Assembly: GCF_009914755.1 (NCBI RefSeq)
Contig: NC_060929.1
Source: the human T2T-CHM13v2.0 reference genome, Homo sapiens
Strand: one strand, 5' to 3'
Length of the DNA stretch: 64,000 bases
In this document: piece after piece, positions 15,620 to 31,716 of the stretch
How the letters are laid out: each line of letters opens with the position of its first letter
How positions within the stretch are numbered: position 1 is the first letter of the stretch
Translations under genes and position numbers: made by a program
The notes under the pieces: model-generated
The model's database searches: none
Told to the model about the DNA's origin: nothing
Seen by the model: the letters and a program-made list of their open reading frames with translations, nothing else

Positions 15620-16370
15620 TCTATTTTGGTAAAATAGACGTAACACAAAATTTACCATTATAACCATTTTAAATATACAATTCGGCGGCATTAGTTCATT
15701 CACAAAGTTGTGCAACCATCACCACCATCCATTTCCAGAACTCTTTGTCATCCCAAGCTGAAACTCAATACCCATTAAACAATAACTCCCCATTCTCCCC
15801 TTCCCCAACCCCTGAAAACCATTATTCCATTATCTGTCTCTGTGAATTTGCCTATTCTAGGTACTTCATAAACATGGAATTGTATGATATTTGTCCTTTT
15901 GTATCTGGCTTATTTCACTTAGCATAATATTCTCAAGGTTCATCCATGTGACATGTTATCAGAATTTAATTCCTTTCCATGGCTGAATATATTATTCTAT
16001 TATATGTATATACCACTTTTTTTAATCCATTCATCTGCTGAGGAAGACCTGTTTCTACCTTTTGGCTATTACAAATAATGCTGCTGTGAAGATTTGCAGA
16101 CGAGTACCTGTTTGAGTCCCGTTTTCAGTTTTTCTGGGCAAATATCTAGGAGTAGAATTGTTGAATCATACGGTAATTCTACATCTAACTTTTTGAGAAA
16201 CTGCCAAACTATTTTTCACAGCTGCTTCTCCATTTTACATCCCTACCAGCAACGCACAGTGGTTCCAGTTTCTCCATACCCTTCCCAAATTTGTTTTCTG
16301 TTTTTTAAAAAAATAGCCATCCTAAATGGGTATAAAGTAGGATCTCAATGTGGTTTTGATTTGCATCTTC
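15620..16370 (-). mobile_element. L1MB-like 3' end
   Basis: TTGTGCAACCATCACCAC, CTGGCTTATTTCACTTAGCATAAT, GAAACTGCCAAACTATTTT. Confidence 0.75.
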
Positions 16371-17544
16371 ACACATTTTTTCATGTATGAATTTTTCATT
16401 AAAAATTATTTTAAAAGAAAAGAAACAATTTTTTCTTCATTAACCAACTAGTGATACCTCCTTAACTGCTAAGCTCTTTGAGAACAGAGGTAATAGCTGT
16501 CCTGCTCACTGCTTTATCCCCGACCCCTAACATAAGCCTAGCATCTAGCAGGTACTCACCAAATACAGTATTCACTGGATGCATAAAATACTACATTAGC
16601 CTCTCAATTTACATGAGACTAATGTATGGTTTGGGGGGAGTGAGTCTATGAAAAAGTGTCACCTTAAAAAAAATACACCAATTTCTGAAAAACATACAAT
16701 CACTTTGGAAGTCTTGGGTAAACGGCACACTTCAAGACAAATCCAGGATGGCCAAGGAAACATAAGTGACATTACTTATAGTTTTAAGGAGGGCAACTTC
16801 ACAGCCAGTATTCATCCCACCTGGGTTGCCAAGTAAGGGCAGGGTACTTTTAAGCTGTTCTCGTATTATACCACCAGGGGTCCTGAGTTTCCTGTATTTC
16901 AGGCAGGATGGCTGATGAGAAAGATACAATCTGAACACTCTTGTGTCTTGCCACAGTAGAGTAGGCCAGAGCTTGGCTAGAATCAGCAGCAGAGGCCAAA
17001 AGAAGTAGAGGGATGCAGGAGATGTTTAGGAGGTAAAACAGACAGGACTTGTTGAGGAAAGGGGAGAGATCAAGTGCAATGCTCAGGTTTTTCACTTCAG
17101 CAATTGCTGGCTGGTGGAGCCATCACCATAAGACACACAAAGAGAGCAGGCTTTTTTGTGGGTGTGGGGAGCATAAAGGTGAGTTTGGCTTTAGACATAT
17201 TCAACCTGAGAGGCCTACGAGCTTCAGCAGATGTTTGGATGTATACAACTGGAGTTTTAAGGACAGGACTGGGCTGAGATAAACTCGTGGCAGCCATTGG
17301 CATAAAACCAATCACTGAAGCCAGGGAATAGTTGAGATTGTAGAGGGAAGAGGTCCCGTGTGAAAAGGTGGCCAATGTCAGGACTCTAAGGGACATCAAG
17401 AGTTTAAGGAGTGAGTAGAGGAGTAGGCGTCAGATAAGGAGACTAAAAAAAAGTGGTGAGAGAAGTACAGCATCACAGAAACCTACAGAAGACAGTGTTT
17501 CAGCAAGCAGGTAGTCAGACACACCAAATGGTTGTGTATTTTGT

Positions 17545-17840
17545 TTCGTTTTGTTTTATTGAGACAGGGTCTCACCCTATTGCCCCGACTGGAGTGTAGG
17601 GGCAGTATCATAGCTCACTGCAGCCTCCAATTCCTGGGCTCAAGGGATCCTCCTGCCTCAGCTGCCTGAGTAGCTAGGACCACAGGCATGCGCTACCACA
17701 CCTGGCTAATTTGTTTTTATTTTTGTAGAGACAGGGTCTTGCTATATTGCCCAGGCTAGTCTCAAACTCCTGGCCTCAAGCTATTCTCCCAACTCGGCCT
17801 CCCAAAGTGCTGGGATTACAGGTGTGAGAGATCACAACCC
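17545..17840 (-). mobile_element. AluJ
   Basis: Reverse Alu with J-type CATAGCTCACTGCAGCCTC and CTGGGCTCAAG. Confidence 0.85.
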
Positions 17841-18082
17841 TAAATGTTTAATAGCTTTAGATGAAGACAACTTAATGAATCCTTTCACAAGGGTGACTTC
17901 ACCCATTGGACCAGAATGTCTGAAATCTGCTGGGCATAAACTCCCCGTCCACCAGACCAGTGGTTCTCACAGTGTGGTCCCCAGACTAGCAGCATCCACA
18001 TCACCTGGGCACTTGTTAGAAATGCAAATTTCAGGGCCCCACCCCCAAAATTCTTTTTCTCAATCAGAAAATCTGATGTGTG

Positions 18083-18926
<844 letters not shown>

Positions 18927-19279
18927 TAAACACATTATTCTTTGGATCTGTTAACATATTTTGCAAAACTTCTGGAGCCTGAGCAGCAGGATTTTGTCAA
19001 TACCCCACATTTAGTGTACCAATAGGTCCTATCTTGATTTTAATGGTCCTGCCCTAAAACCAACCAACCAGCCAACTACCCACCGATTCCTCTACTGGGG
19101 ACAACCTTTTTCACCTTTATAACTTCTGCTTATTCACAACATCTAATTATTCATGGCCTCTGCTACTTCATGGCTTCTTTTGTGCACCTTTTCAGCTTCT
19201 GATCCTGATACCAACTGAACAACTGTCTACGTCAAACTTGTTTAACTCCCTGTTTAACATTAAGAGATTTTTTTTTTCG

Positions 19280-19380
19280 CAACTCTTTTCCTTTAGGTCA
19301 TCAGCTATCATTAGTGTATTTTATGTATGGCCCAACACAATTCTTCTTCCTGGGGAAGCCAAAAGATTGGACACCCCTGC
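19280..19380. mobile_element. MER30-like fragment
   Basis: CATCAGCTATCATTAGTG ... GAAGCCAAAAGATTGGACACCCCTG. Confidence 0.65.
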
Positions 19381-19599
19381 TCTAAATCTCAGTTTAAACT
19401 CCTGAGAGACACATATTGTTGGTGAAATCGCAAACTGGTACAATTTAGGAGGGTAATTTGGCATCATTTATCAAAACTACAAAAACATGGCCTTTGCCCC
19501 AATAAGTCCGCTTTTAGGCATTTATCCTACAGATACACATGGGCGTGTGCACCAAAAAGTGGGGTCTCTCTCTCTCCCTTAGCTCGGCCAGAAGCCAGG

Positions 19600-20820
19600 T
19601 CACCTACCCTCGGTCACTCGGGGGCCAGGACCTCTCTCCCTGCCCCTCAGTCAAGGCCCTCTCAGTCCGGGAGGCGCTTCACACCTGGGCAGGGTGGGAC
19701 TGGGCGCGCCTCACTTCACGCTTTCGTCGGTTGGAAGCAGGTGGGGAAGTCCCCGCGGCCTCGGCGTCTCGCACGCCTGGCCCCAACACCTGCCGAAGCC
19801 GGCTGCGACTCCATTTTTCTTTTTTTTTTTCCTCCTGGGAAACGGAGGACCCGCGCCGCCACGAAGCACAGCGACCCCGGCCCTGACCCCAGCCGCCCGC
19901 CGCCGGTGGGCGGGGCTTGGCGGCCCGGCGGGGCGGGGCTCGGGGCGGGGCCGGCGTGGCGGTGGCCCGGGTTGTAGCCGCCGCCGCTGCCGCCGCCCCC
20001 GCCGCCGCCACCTCAGAAGCAGGAACCGAAGTCGTCGCCGCCGCCGCCACTGCCTGGGTCTTCGGTCGGGGCCCGCAGCCATGGAGGATTTCATCGTGAT
20101 CTCGGACGACAGCGGCTCTGAGAGCTCCGGGGGCGCCCGCCCGGGCCGGTCGCGGAGGCCGCGCCGGGCCCTGTCGCGAACCTCCGGCGCGCTGCCCCGC
20201 CGGACCGTGGTGAGTGAGCGTCGCCTCGTTTGGGGGCGCGCGTCTTCGCGACCCTCGGCTGGGCCCGCCGCCCGCTTCCCGCCCCTGGCGCCTCACAGCT
20301 GCAGCCACTTCCCGCCTTGCCTCCTTCCGGGCCTCTCGGGCCCCGGGGAGCGCGGCGGGCCGGGGCAGGGGCCAGGGCAGGGACCGGGGAGGCCGGGCCT
20401 CCCAGGCTCAGCGCTGAAGCCCGAGAGGACTGCGGCTGGAAAGCGGCCGAGCACATGGACGAGCTCCTGGCGCGCCTGCTGCAGGGGCTGGGGTCTCAGG
20501 CCGGGGCCGCGGGCGTCCTCGGAGCCTCGGCGGGACGTGGGGGCTCGGGTGTACTGGCCGGGCCGATGCAGGAAAGCGGGAGCGCGTAATTCTTCGGCCT
20601 GTGGTGGACACAGATGTGTGCAGGGAGGTAACAGGAGCCCAGGCTGGGAGGGAGGGAAGCGCGGGCCTGGGCCAGATGGTGGCCGCGCTCCAGGGCCTGA
20701 CTGCAGAGCGAGGGGCCCGATTTTGGAGTTGTACAGGAGGGCGATTTATTTCCTCAGCACTTACCCTGTACCAAGCCCTGAAGGAATAGGGAAGGAAACC
20801 TCGCGCGCTATTTCTGTTTC
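19600..20820. promoter_or_regulatory. CpG-island promoter with clustered GC boxes
   Basis: Very high GC and CpG density in non-repeat sequence; GGGCGG boxes at ~19908-19950; no TATA box; contains first coding exon. Confidence 0.93.
20081..20209 (+). CDS. SIMC1: First coding exon of SUMO-interacting motifs containing 1 (43 codons, [43 protein letters not shown])
   Basis: Strong Kozak GCAGCCATGG; phase-0 donor GTG|GTGAGT at 20210; SIM-like FIVISDDS; peptide recognised from memory as the SIMC1 long-isoform N-terminus; paralogous pseudogene copy not excluded. Confidence 0.87.
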
Positions 20821-23141
20821 CCTCAGAACCCCTTCGTCTTTGTCGTTCATGAGGTGGTGAATTATCTGCCTTTCGAGAATCCTGCATCGATGTTTATTGA
20901 ATCCCTACTATGGGCCAGATGTTGTAGGGGCCGGGGATACAACGGCGAACACAATATCCATGGTCCCCTCAGAAGGTGATACATCATCAGGTGGTTGTTG
21001 AGGACCTACTCAAGCGGTGGGAGGTGGAGCTTTCTCTCAGAAGGCTTCCAACGATCTCCCCAGCCTCCCAGAGCCATCCCCCGGAAACACAAGGATTATC
21101 AAGCTGATGTTATGTGTATAGATCATACAGTTTACCATGCTTCCTATGCAAATACTCGTTCAAGACGTTTCCTAGCTTCTGCTGCCCCTGTTCCCTTTCT
21201 AGCTGGTTTACAGTCCCTAAACCTCCATTGGGAACCCCTTCTGTGCCCGAGGTACAGTGCCAAGTGCTAGATGATCACTATAGAATGAATAGCATGCAAA
21301 ACTAGTTAATATATATTATTTTTCAAGCAAGAGGGTTTCTCAGGACGTCTTAGAGACAAATTTAGTTGAGTTAGGCAGCTCATGAGGTAGTGAGAGAAGA
21401 GATTTCCAAGATAGAAATGACCCGACTTCATGAGTGAATGGATATATCTAGGGCTGTGGCTGAATGTATCAGACATAATAGATGCACAATAAATATTTGT
21501 TGGATGAAGGAACGATTGAAAGAATATGGGGAGAGAGAATGGTTTAGATGGATGTTTGATAAGTATAAGAGAAGTGCATATAAAAGTAGCAGCAGGCTTG
21601 AGATGAAGGAGATGCTGAATTCAGGTTGGACCTGTTGGATTTACAGTGTTAATAGGAAATGTAGATGGATGTGGCCAGCTCAGTAGTTGGAGAAAAGGCA
21701 AGAATGGAGATATTTGGCAATCATGCAAACAGAAAGGAGTATTGAAGGCCTAATAGTGACTGAGATCATGAAGGAAAAGAGTAGAGAGAGAAAAAAGGTG
21801 GAAGGGAAAAAATACTTCTTTCCTCCTAGTTCCTCCTCATTCCTATAGCCTCTTCTCTCACTACCTGTTTAACTTTGTCCTTCCCACTTGCTTCCTTTCC
21901 TCCCAAGTGTTGTCCATTTTCCCTCATTCTCGTCCAGCTTCCTTCTTCAGTGGTCAGATGCCATGCTTATCTCAGTCTTTTGTGGTCTTTCACATACGTA
22001 CATGGGCGTAGTCTCTCACTGTTTCCCTCACTTGTGACCACTCAAGCAAGCATTTTGATCTTGAGCCTTTGAGTTGAATCGAAATGAGGGGCAAGTTCCA
22101 GAGAGCAGTACCCAATTTAAATCGTGCTTCTCCAGATATTTATTCCAGCTCTCTAAAAGCTCCAAGCTTATTCTCGTTTTATCTTTTTTGCAAGTTAGAT
22201 AAGAGTGGTATGATAACCATGTAAAAGATCAGAGGCATTGAGAGACTTGCAAGGTTATAAAGTCTAAAAGTGCCCTTTTCTCTGTAGCTTTTCCCGAAGG
22301 CTCTGAGGTCAGAGAGACTTCTGAATCAATATCTCCAGCATAGCAACTATTTGAGTTTTGGAAAGTTCTGTCAACTCTCAGCTTTTGAGCCTGAGAACAT
22401 TAATGCCTACCTAGCAGGATGGTTTTAAATTTTTAATGAGACAATTGCAAGGAAAGGATCTCATATAAATGATAGCTTTTGCCACTTTTTGTGTTGTTTC
22501 TAAGCCCAGTCCTGTCCCTCTTGAGCTTCACAGGCAATGAAATAAAAGAAGCAACTTTTACATCTTGCTTTTTTTTTTTTTTTTTTAATAAATATTGACT
22601 AAGGGGAAGTAACTTGCTTGAACTTGAGAAAGCCATGTCTAATGCTGAAGTTGACATTTCTGAACTCTTGATTCTTAACCTGGGCTTTAGTCTTCACTGA
22701 GTCGATGAGGTGTGTTTCTGTGTTTATCATGGCTTTTTCGTTTGGGATTTTTTGTTTTTCGTTTTTTTACTTATAAAAACAGAACATTTTCAGATGGTTA
22801 ATTTTGTTGATCTAATTATACAATTTTTATAAATGTATAAAGAAGAAAATTAAAATTGCCCGTAATCTCACTATCCAAAGATAACCAATGTTAACATTTT
22901 GATGTATGTCTATGTAAATGTTTACTTGCATACACACATGTGCATACATACATACCTATGTGTCCTCCCCATACATGTTTTTATGACCTCCTCTTAATGG
23001 ATATTATGCCTTCGTTTCTAAATTTTCTCTAAGAACCCAGTGAAAAATTCCCTCATAATCTTTGTACTCTTGTTCATTTGTTTATTAAGTTCCTCTTAGA
23101 AGTTAGATTGCTGAGTCAAAAGGTGTGCCCTACTTTATATG

Positions 23142-24227
23142 TAGCTAACCCTTGAAGAACACAGGGATTAGGGTTGCTAACCCCCCCGTGCAGTTGAAAA
23201 TTTACATGTAACATTTGACTCCTCGAAAACTTAACTACCAGTGGCCTACTGTTGACTGGAAGCCTTACCAGTAACATAAGCAGTTAACTCATGTTTTGTA
23301 TGTTATATGGACTCTTACGATAAAGTAAGCAAGAGAAAAATGTTAAGATCATAAGGAAGATAAAATACATTTACAGTACTATACTGCATTTGTCAATACC
23401 ATAGGTTTACATCGTCTGTTTACAAGATAAATCATCTGTCTGAAATAGGGGACAACCACAGCTGCAGACCTCTATCTACGGTACATCTCAAGCGATTCAG
23501 CTTTTCTTATGTCATGACTTTTCTCTGTTTCTTGAGAGCACATCCAGCATCACTAAGCACTTTGTATGGGTTTCATGGTGTTATTCAAGGTTTACGATAT
23601 TACCCTACACATGATTAAACAAGTATATGTGGAAAAAAACCCAGGAGAGAACACTTGTTACCGTGATACACAGTTTACTGGGAAGTAGTGCAGAAATTGA
23701 TTAGTGTCACGTGGCGTTTTAAGTGGATCCTCACAACACTTGAGCCCACCACAGCAGCAGCAGATGTCTGTGGTAGTAGGACATTATTATCATGGTAGTA
23801 CAGTGTAGTCTATGGTAAATTTTATGCAGTTGTGATACAAATTAAAAAGAAAAAAATAATGAATTTAAAAATATGCAGTTGTGAGTTAATATTGCATCTT
23901 TACATTTCTGTCAACTGCAGATGTCACCATCTATGGTCAGTAAGTGATTGTGTGCATAAATTTTGATAAAGTTTAACTTTGTATAATAGATTTGTGTTGA
24001 TTTTATGGTAGTAAATGGATAAAATAGGCTAGTATCTACATATATTTTATGCATTCAGGACATATCTTTTTCTTAGTTTTTTTCAATTTTTATAGGCTGT
24101 GGAGTTCATCTGTGAGTTTTCCAAATTGTTATAAATCGCCAAAAAATTTTCCAATATATTTATTGAAAAAAACTCTCTTGTAAGTGGACCCATGCAGTTC
24201 AAACCTGTGTTGTTCATGAATCAACTG
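23142..24227 (-). mobile_element. Tigger2-family DNA transposon (Tigger2b-like, ~1.09 kb)
   Basis: Inverted termini TAGCTAACCCTTGAAGAACACAGG / CCTGTGTTGTTCATGAATCAACTG, followed by TA. Confidence 0.8.
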
Positions 24228-24334
24228 TATTGCCAAATTTCCTACAGAAATTGTGCATTAATATTCTTACCAGTGGTATATGGCCAATCATATCTCTTTC
24301 TCTGCTGCCTAGTCACCCCTAGGTATTGTTACAT

Positions 24335-26190
24335 TATTCCATAAATATTTATTGAACACTTATTATATACCAGGCACTCTTAGAGGTGCTGGGAATACAT
24401 CTATGAAAACCAAGTCCCTGCCGTCATGGAGATTTCATTTTACTGAGGGGACACAGATAGTAAACAACACTATAAATGTAATGTCAGGTGATAATACAGA
24501 GTGTTAGGGGAAAAAATACGGTATTTTTGTTCTTTTAATCTTTGCTGTTTGATAGCCAGATTCCATAAGATGTCATTATTTTTTATTTTTTTATTATGAT
24601 TCATTTATTCAATAAATATTTATTGAGCATATGCTGTAACCCTGGGGACCAGAGGTGAACAAGATGATAATGGAACTACATTCTACTGTGGAAAGATAGG
24701 CAGTAAACAAACTAACAAATAAGAGAACAGTATAATAGTAACTTTGGTGGGATTGGGAACATTTGATTGTGTTTTCAGAGAAGGCCTCTCTGAAGAGTTA
24801 ATATTTGACCTGAGACTAAAATGACAACAAATTAGTTATAAGATCTAGATGAATAAGGCATTGTCAAAGGGAACAACAAAACCAAAAGTTTGGAGGCGGG
24901 AATGAGCATGACTTACTGGAAGAATGGAAAGCCAGTGAGGCTGCAATGTAACGACTGATGGACAGAGTCAGAAGAGATGAGAAGTAGGTAGGTTAGGTTA
25001 TAGGGCTTTGGAGACCACAATAAGGGATTTGGATTTTATTGTAATACAGTAAGAAATCTTTGAAGGTTTAAGCAGGACAGTGACATGATTTGATTTACTT
25101 TTTTTTTTTTTGGAGATGGAGTCTTGCTCTGTTGCGTTGCCCAGGCTGTAGTGCAGTGGTGCGATCTCGGCTCACTGCAACCCCCACTTCCCAGGTTCAA
25201 GCAATTTCCCCCACCTCAGCCTCCCGAGTAGCCGGGACTACAAGCACACCACCACGCTTGACTAATTTTTTGTTTTTTAGTAGAGACGGGGTTTCACCAT
25301 GTTGGCCAGGATGGTCTAGATCTCCTGACCTCATGATCCACCCGCCTCGGCCTCCCAAAGTGCTGGGATTACAGGCGTGAGCCACTGCACCTAGCCTTGA
25401 TTTACATTTTTTAGAGATGACTTTAGCTACTGTGAAAAGAAAAGATGGTAAGGTAGGGAGACCATATAATTTATCATCCAATTGGGAAACTTTTGCAAAT
25501 GAAAAGGGATGCTAACTGGACCAGGATGTCAAGCAACAGGTGAAAACTGGAACTGTCCCAAACAAAGCAGAAGTGTAGTCACCCTACTGTAAGAGGGGAA
25601 GAGTGAAATTAGGGAGATCAGTTAGAAGGTTGGCTGTAGTAGTCCAGGTCAGAAATAACTGTAGCTTGGACTGGAGTGGTGGTACAGACTGGGAGAGTGG
25701 AGGGATGTAGATATTTAGTAAATAAAATCAACAGGTCCTGATAACTTGGATGTGGATAACAAGGGAAAGGAAGGAATGAAGAAGGATGCCCTGAGTTCTG
25801 GCTTGAGCAACTGAATGCATGTTGGTGTCATGCATTGAAATGAAGCAGACTTGGGAGGAACAGGGTTAGAGGAAAGATTCAAGAGTTCTGTTTTGAAGGT
25901 ATAAAACTTAACGATGCCTGTGGAATAGCCAACTGGAGATGCCAAGTATAACATTTGTACTGAGTTTAGAGCTCTGAAGAAAAGTCCTGACTAGAGATAC
26001 AAATTTAGTCTTGTTAGCGCATAGGTTATAGTGAAGTCATTGACCTGGATAAAATCATCTAGGTTGAGGTGACAAGAGGAAGAACATCCAGAACCTAGCC
26101 CAAGGGAACACCATAGTGTCCCAAGGGAGGAAGAGCAGCTAGTGAGGTTGGAGATAAAGGAGTGTGCTCACATGCAGTACAGCCAGACAT
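24335..26190 (-). mobile_element. L2 3' ends and body fragments
   Basis: ATTCATTTATTCAATAAATATTTATTGAGC tails at ~24340 and ~24600 followed by L2-type sequence. Confidence 0.7.
25099..25397 (-). mobile_element. AluS
   Basis: Reverse Alu dimer; TTGATTTAC repeated on both sides. Confidence 0.9.
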
Positions 26191-26280
26191 CTTGCTTATG
26201 TTTATTGGAAACACATAGGGTATGTGTGCGAATTCCCTATGCTTGTCCTTTGCCCATTTTTCTGTTGCAGTGTTATAATG

Positions 26281-26598
<318 letters not shown>

Positions 26599-26642
26599 AA
26601 CATTTCTTACTCATTTGTTAAATCTACTTATATATTAAAGAT

Positions 26643-27088
26643 TGTTATAGGTGGAACTGTATCTCCTAAAAAGATGTGCTGAAGTTCTAACCCCCCACTA
26701 CCTCAGATTGTGACCTTATTTAGAAATAGGGTCATTGGCAGATATAATCAGTGAAGATGAGGTTGTGCCGAGTAGAGTGAACCCTTAATCCAACATGACT
26801 ACTGTCCTTATGAGAAGAACATGTGAAGACACAGGGGAAGAACGCCATGTGACAGTGGAAGCAGAAACCGAAGTTATGCAGCTGCAAGCCAAGGAACACC
26901 GAGGACTGCTGGCGACATCAGGAGCTAAGAAAAAGGCATGAAACAGATTCCTCCCTGGAGCCTTCAAGAGAACGTGGCTCTGTAGACACCTTGATTTCAA
27001 ACCTTTAGCCTCCAGGACTGTGAGGGGATAAATTTCTGTTGTTTAAATCCACCTAGTTTCTGGTAATTTTTACTAGGAAACTAATATA
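26643..27088 (+). mobile_element. MLT1C-like MaLR LTR
   Basis: TGTTATAGG ... GTGACCTTATTTAGAAATAGGGTC ... TAGGAAACTAATATA. Confidence 0.8.
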
Positions 27089-27218
27089 GCCTCTTGTCAT
27101 ACATGTTACAATTTTCTTTCAACTTTCGATTTTGTTTTTTTAATTACAGAAGTTTTACATTTTTATATAGTCAATTCTACCACTCCTTTTCTTTATGATT
27201 TCTTAGTTGTCATGCTTA

Positions 27219-27918
<700 letters not shown>

Positions 27919-27983
27919 ATTTCCCTCATTTGATCAAGATGTTTTCCCAAAAACATTGCCAATCAGCTTGTATAATAGTTCAG

Positions 27984-27985
<2 letters not shown>

Positions 27986-28029
<44 letters not shown>
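27986..28029. repeat. (GT)~22 microsatellite in an Alu tail
   Basis: Direct reading of the sequence. Confidence 0.95.
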
Positions 28030-28030
<1 letters not shown>

Positions 28031-29195
28031 GTTTGTTTGTTTGTCTTGAGATGGAGTCTCACTCTGCCACCCAGGCAAAGTGATCTTGGCTCACTGCAAC
28101 CTCCACTTCCCGGGTTCAAGTGATTCTCCCACTCAGCCTCCCGAGTAGCTGGGATTACAGGCAAGCGCCACCATGCCTAGCTAATTTTTTATTTATTATT
28201 ATTATTATTCTTTAAGTTCTGGGATACATGTGCAGAACGTGCAGGTTTGTTACATAGGTATACACATGCCATGGTGGCTGCTGCACTTATCAACCCATCA
28301 TCTACCTTAGGTATTTCTCCTAATGCAATCCCTCCCCTAGCCCCCCACCCCCCAACAGGCCCGGGTGTGTGATGTTCCCATCCCTGTGTCCATGTGTTCT
28401 CATTGTTCAACTTCCACTTATAAGTGAGAACATGCAGTGTTTGGTTTTCTGTTCCTGTGTTAGTTTGCTGAGAATGATGGTTTCCAGCTTCATCCATGTC
28501 CCTCCAAAGGACATGAACTTATCCTTTTTTATGGCTGCATAGTATTCCATGGTGTATATGTGCCACATTTTCTTTATGCGTCTATCATTGATGGGCATTT
28601 GGGTTGGTTCCAAGTCTTTGCTATTGTGAATAGTGCTGCAATAAACATACATGTGCATGTGTCTTTATAGTAGAATGATTTATAATCCTTTGGGTATATA
28701 CCCAGTAATGGGATTGCTGGGTCAAATGGTATTTCTGGTTCTAGATCCTTGAGGAATCACCACACTGTCTTCCACAATGGTTGAACTAATTTACACTCCC
28801 TCCAACAGATTAAAGTGTTCCTATTTCTCCACATCCTCTCCAGCATCTGTTGGTTCCTGACTTTTTAATGATTGCCATTCTAACTGGTGTGAGATAGTGT
28901 ATCATTGTGCTTTTGATTTGCATTTCTCTAATGACCAGTGATGATGAGCTTTTTTTCATATGTTTGTGGGCCGCGTAAATGTCTTCTTTTAAGAAGTGTC
29001 TGTTTATATCCTTCGCCCACTTTTTGATGGGGTTGTTTGTTTTTTTCTTGTAAATTTGTGTAAGTTCCTTGTAGATTCTGGATATTAGCCCTTTGTCAGA
29101 TGGATAGATTACAAAGATTTTCTCCCATTCTGTAGGTTACCTGTTCACTCTGATGATAGTTTCTTTTGCTGTGCAGAAGCTCTTTGGTTTAATCA

Positions 29196-29348
<153 letters not shown>

Positions 29349-31139
29349 TCAGTTAATTTTTGTATAAGGTGTAAGGAAGGGGCCCGGTTTCAGTTTTCTG
29401 CATATGGCTAGCCAGTTTTCCCAACACCATTTATTAAGTAGGGAATTCTTTCCCCATTGCTTGTTTTTGTCAGGTTTGTCAAAGATCAGATGGTTGTAGA
29501 TGTGTGGCATTATTTCTGAGGCCTTTGTTCTGTTCCGTTGGTCTATATATCTGTTTTGGTACCAGTACCATCCTGTTTTGGTTACTGTAGCCTTGTAGTA
29601 TAGTTTGAACTCAGGTAGTGTGATGCCTCCAGCTTTGTTCTTTTTGCTTAGGATTGTCTTGGCTATATGGGCTCTTTTTTGGTTCCTTATGAACTTTGAA
29701 GTAGTTTTTTCTAATTCTGTGAAGAAAGTCAGTGGCAGCTTGATGGGGATAGCATTGAATCTATAAATTTCTTTGGGCAGTATGGCCATTTTCATGATAT
29801 TGATTCTTCCTATCCATGAGCATGGAATGTTTTTCCATTTGTTTGTGTCCTCTTTTATTTCGTTGAGCAGTGGTTTGTAGTTCTCCTTGAAGAGGTCCTT
29901 CACATCCCTTGTAAGTTGTATTCCTAGGTATTCTATTCTCTTTGTAGCAATTATGAATGGGAGCTTGCTCATGATTTGGCTTTCTGTTTGTCTATTATTG
30001 GTGTATAGGAATGCTTGTGACTTTTGCACATTGATTTTGTATCCTGAGACTTTGCTGAAGTTGCTTATCAGCTTAAGGAGATTTTAGGCTGAGACGATAG
30101 TGTTTCTAAATATACAATCATGTCATCTGCAAACAGAGATAGTTTGACTTCCTCTCTTCCTATTTGAATACCCTTTATTTCTTTCTCTTGCCTGATTTCC
30201 CTGGCCAGAACTTCCAATACTATGTTGAATGGAGTGGTGAGAGAGGGCATCCTTGCCTTGTGCTGGTTTTCAAAGGGAATGCTTCCAGCTTTTACCCATT
30301 CAGTATGATATTGGCTGTGGGTTTGTCATAAATAGCTCTTATTATTTTGAGATACGTTTCATCAACACCTAGTTTATGGAGAGTTTTTAGCATGAAGTGG
30401 TGTTGAATTCTATCAAAGGCCTTTTCTGCATCTATTGAGATAATCATGTGGTTTCTGTCATTGGTTCTGTCGATGGATTACGTTTATTGATTTGCATATG
30501 TTGATCCAGCCTTGCATCCCAGGGATGAAGCCAATTTGATCGTGGTGGATAAGCTTTTTGATGTGCTGCTGGATTTGGTGTGCCAGTATTTTATTGAGGA
30601 TTTTTGCATCGATGTTCATCAGAGATAATGGCCTGAAATTTTTTTGTTGTTGTTGTGTCTTTGCCAGGTTTTGGTATCAGGATGATGCTGGCCTCATAAA
30701 ACGAGTTAGGGAGGAGTCCCTCATTTTCTATTGTTTGGAATCATTTCAGAAGGAATGGTGCCAGCTCCTCTTTGTGCCTCTAGTAGAATTTGGCTGTGAA
30801 TCCGTCTGGTCCTGGGCTTTTTTTGGTTGGTAGGCTATTAATTACTGCCTCAATTTCAGAACTTGTTATTGGTCTATTCAGAGATTCAACTTCTTCCTGG
30901 TTTAGTCTTGGGAGGGTGTATGTGTCCAGGACATTGTCCATTTCTTCTGGATTTTCTAGTTTATTTGCATAGAGGTGTGTATAGTCTTCTCTGATGGTAC
31001 TTTGTATTTCTGTGGGATCAGTGGCGATATCCCCTTTATTATTTTTTATTGTATCTATTTGATTCTTCTCTCTTTTCTTCTTTATTAGTCTGGCTAGTGG
31101 TCTATCTATTTTGTTAATCTTTTCAAAAAAACAGCTCCT

Positions 31140-31519
<380 letters not shown>

Positions 31520-31716
31520 TTAGTTATTTCTTGCCTTCTGCTAGCTTTTGAATTTGTTAGCTCTTGCTTCTCTAGTTCTTTTAATTGTGATGTTAGGGTA
31601 TCAATTTTAGATCTTTCCGGCTTTTTCCTGTGGGCATTTAGTGCTAGAAATTTCCCTCTAAACACTGCTTTAGCTGTGTCCCAGAGATTCTGGTACATTG
31701 TGTCTTTGTTCTCCTT

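Noticed and set aside
19539-20887. 388-aa and other long ORFs across the CpG island
   Set aside because: Stop-poor GC-rich sequence, mostly non-ATG starts; only 20081-20209 has a strong Kozak plus donor, and the rest is UTR or intron read-through
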